A stretch of 64,000 bases of DNA from Amoebophrya sp. A120 (taxonomy: Eukaryota > Protista > Dinoflagellata): the NCBI GenBank assembly GCA_905178155.1, contig CAJINV010000001.1, forward strand, positions 11,577,832-11,641,831, read 5' to 3'. This document shows, piece by piece, positions 60,751-64,000 of this stretch; positions within the stretch are counted from its first letter, which is position 1, and every line of letters starts with the position of its first letter. Position numbers and translations under genes: made by a program. The notes below the pieces were generated by a model that searched no databases, was not told the origin of the DNA, and saw only the letters and a list, made by a program, of their open reading frames with translations.

Positions 60751-61811
60751 GGTCGCGCGGGGCGCGTGCGGGGGATTGTGGGCAGTCTAACCACACGTCG
60801 GAGGTAAAGCTGCGATAATGCGAAAATGTAGGCTCGGTGAGGAAAGGCTGAAGTCCAGCGGGTACAACGGGCTTCATAGGTACTGCAGCGAGGGTAGATA
60901 AGTATGAATGCGAACAACACTACAAAAAAGCAAAACAAGATTTCATGACCACTTGTTAGACATATTTACACGGGTAATCAAACAAAGGGGCACTTATGGG
61001 ACATATGGGAATGGGATCTGTAGTTTCTTCTGTTCTTAGTATGAATGCGCGCCCTACTACTTAATCTCAAAAGGGGCAAAACGCTACTTGGAGTCCTTTT
61101 TACCAACAAAAGGTGTACTTGACAACGCTGTTCATTTTTTTTTTTTGTCTCGGTTCTTGCGTGTGCAACTCGGCCCTCAGAGCTATTTACCATCGTAGGA
61201 AAGGAAGAAACCGCTCATTGACACAGAGTGAGTAGCGTCACATGTCACTGACTGACTCGACAAGACGCCTTGGATGTCCCGTGGTCCACATTGACATTCA
61301 CACGACTTCTGAGCACGTTTTTGATACTTGACCTTGAGATTGACATTGCACGAAATTCACAGGACACGACCACAAGGTCAGAGTAGACATGGTCAGGATC
61401 GAGAACGACAACATCTAACAGACCGACTTTGCACGACAGGGGGATCGGTCGACCAAGATCCCTTGCACCACGGAAATGACCATTGCCGAAGATCTGAATC
61501 TGGTGATGTCGCACCGAGTTTCTTCGCTGAAGTATCACGATTCTTGAGGATCCTTGGACTTATCGGCTTCGACACACACGAGAACGACCACCATCAATAT
61601 GTCTCCCCCAGAACTAGATAGAACACCACGACCATCCAAAATCAGTAGACTTAGAGTTGAGTTGCCATTTCGCTCTTGAGAAGAAAAACTACACTGGCTC
61701 TGGCGCGTCTGCGTCCTGCTATTTCGTAGCGAGAACCACCTGCGCCTGTCGCTTTATCTTTGACCACACGCATAAAAAAGTCGCTTATTTTGTCGGCGAA
61801 GAAAAATTGTC

Positions 61812-62900
61812 TTATGCCTCACCACCGTCCTCACGAAATACAGTTATCAGGTCGCTTACCCCCCTGCCTTCCGCCTGTCGCCTTGTCAGCCACAAATCCG
61901 GATAGACGAAAATGCCTCGCACCCCCGCTTGCGCCGCAGCATCGGTGTCGTCATCTCGGTCTCCGATGTGCGCCACGATTTTATGCCTTTGCTTCAGCTC
62001 CGCGAGCACATCGCGCTTCCACAACATGGAGCGAACCCCTCGAGGTCGGTGCCGAATTTCCCCATCCGGAAAACCGTGCTGCCGCAACCAGTCCCGCGTT
62101 TGCTCCTCCGTACCCATGCGCCGACCGGACACGTAAATCACGGCTCGTGCGCTTCCACTACTAGAAGCTTGTGGGGGTGGAGGAACCTGCACATTCGCCA
62201 GATCGCCCGTGCCAGAGCTCGATGACGAGGAAGCGTTGCCTGAGTCGACGTCCATGGCGACAGGCGCGGGCGCATGACTATTTCCATCCTTCGCCGACGA
62301 GGATAAAATGGCGTCTTTGTGCTCGTCAAACGGCGTCATGCCGCTCCAGGCCCGGAGAAAGGTCCGGCACCAAACGATCGGCTCGTCGAGATGGTAGTAC
62401 TCACCATCCAACAAAGCTTCCCAATACGCTGAGCTGCCCTTTTTACCATGAGTCTCCGCGAACTCAATGCGCTTTGTAATATTCGCCACAGTACCATCTA
62501 CATCCACAGACAAGAGCTCTTGCCTCCTGCCGCCCCGCGAGCGTGCCCCGCTCGGAGCTGCGTTCGAAAACAAGGACCTGATATTACCCGGTTTGCCGCG
62601 ACTGCGATTGCCTTGCTTCCCTTTGTGGTCGGTGGTATGATTGCCGAAGTTCTCCTTCGCGCGCCCACTCTTTGCAGATTTGCCGTGGTTTTTTGCAGAC
62701 CCATAGTTTTTCCCCTTGTGGTCGCTGTGATAAGTCTCTAGATACGAATCACCTTTGGCGCTGCCGTGCCAATTCCTGGCATCGGAAGATGTAGTGCCAT
62801 ACCCATTTGCAAGCGGTTGTGCATGAGTAGGAGCGGGTGCGGCCCAAAACTGCGCGTCTGCTACCACTGGCGGACCGTCCCAGCCCACGCTGTCGCCCAT
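61812..62900 (-). CDS. HAD-superfamily phosphatase (polynucleotide kinase 3'-phosphatase / class B acid phosphatase-like)
   Basis: Motif I SVDVDGT, motif II IYVSGR, motif III WKRDVL, motif IV HIGDRDDD. Probable ATG at 62900. Confidence 0.85.
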   Translation of the reverse strand: MGDSVGWDGPPVVADAQFWAAPAPTHAQPLANGYGTTSSDARNWHGSAKGDSYLETYHSDHKGKNYGSAKNHGKSAKSGRAKENFGNHTTDHKGKQGNRSRGKPGNIRSLFSNAAPSGARSRGGRRQELLSVDVDGTVANITKRIEFAETHGKKGSSAYWEALLDGEYYHLDEPIVWCRTFLRAWSGMTPFDEHKDAILSSSAKDGNSHAPAPVAMDVDSGNASSSSSSGTGDLANVQVPPPPQASSSGSARAVIYVSGRRMGTEEQTRDWLRQHGFPDGEIRHRPRGVRSMLWKRDVLAELKQRHKIVAHIGDRDDDTDAAAQAGVRGIFVYPDLWLTRRQAEGRGVSDLITVFREDGGEA

Positions 62901-64000
62901 CAGCTTTACGTTCACGGCATTAATGTTACCCACTTGTCTACTTGTGTTAGCGTTAATATGCACAAAAACAGACGGTAAAAGGAGAGGCAGGTTCTTGTTT
63001 TGAATATGACTTAGTAAGCTCCTTCTGAATAGACGACCTGGCGCGATGTTACAACTAGGGTGCTTGATATCGCGCACCGTGAAAAAACCTCTTTTCAAGA
63101 ACATCCTCGTCAACAACGCACATTCATTTCAGTATCCTACTCGAATTTATAGGTAAGCTAGTCCACTCAAATGCCATCCACTCAACACATCAAATTCGTT
63201 TGTTATCGCGTTTGTTATCGTATTGGTATTTGCCTTGCGCAACCTTTTTCATGTTGCTAAAAGCGATCCACAAAAGCAAAAGGATCGCATTCGCAGAGCC
63301 TCAAATCCAGCTGTTTTATTCAGGCGGATCTTTTAACCACCGGCGGAAGTACATTGCGATCCTCGTTTGCTTGAGGATCATCAACAGCGGCACGAGCCTC
63401 TCCCTCTGTACTTCCTTTTATTACTACAATCGGAACAAAAAACGATCGATCGATGGAAGCCAGCAGGGCGACACCAAATTCAAATGAGGAAACAAATGAA
63501 GTACTTACTTAGAAGGTAAAGGGGAACCGGAACCGCGAGGAACAAAAAATCTTCTGCGCCCACGTTCCGCGGATAGCGTGCCTGCTCGCATCAGCACGCG
63601 GCTGTAGCGGATGACGTGCATGCTCGTGCTATCAGCCCGCCGATGTAGCTGTAGCCTTGTGCCGAGACGTGTACTTATTCGCAGCTCTTTCTTTTCTCAT
63701 TCTTTTCTACCTTCCTCCGATGATGTTCATTTTGATGTGTGAAAACACGCAGTGTGCATTTCCTTTTCCGCCTGGTTCTGGATCGAAATGCCAAAAGCTT
63801 CATTTCTATGTCTGATCACCGGCGCGGCGTGAGCACTGTCGCTGCAAGCCAGCCCGGGTTTCGTACATTTCCAACTGCGAAGTTTCGCAAACTCAAGAAA
63901 AGTGCCGCAGTGTTTCCGCAAAAAAATGTGTGTCATACTCCACAGCTGCAGCTGCGACACTCATCCATAATCGTACTGATCACGATTCATTGCTGGTGAA

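Overview
This is eukaryotic, intron-containing genomic DNA with GC-rich exons and AT-rich introns and spacers. About 15 protein-coding genes all lie on the minus strand. The strict co-orientation, alveolate-type proteins (CPW-WPC, DPAP-like cathepsin C) and inverted-repeat/direct-repeat insertions inside exons point to a syndinian dinoflagellate such as Amoebophrya (inference). From left to right the window holds: the 5' end of a probable Ty1/copia LTR retrotransposon, an ankyrin protein, a cathepsin C-like protease, a CPW-WPC protein, FolD, a PPR protein, a small membrane protein, a SulP-STAS-cNMP-EF-hand transporter, a NOT3-RING-Zn finger-SH3-SH3 fusion, an SH3 protein, two large low-complexity/coiled-coil proteins, a CLC channel, a ~1800-aa Zn-ribbon protein and a HAD phosphatase. 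The most striking result is three miniature TIR elements with TATC-N3-TGCAAAA ends (one end degenerate) and 5-bp target duplications. They sit inside coding exons and must be spliced out (introners), and two copies of one family lie in opposite orientations relative to their host transcripts. Also notable are a GTA[C/T] 5' splice-site consensus that almost lacks +5G, and several unusual domain architectures. All exon models were built by eye and need RNA-seq confirmation.
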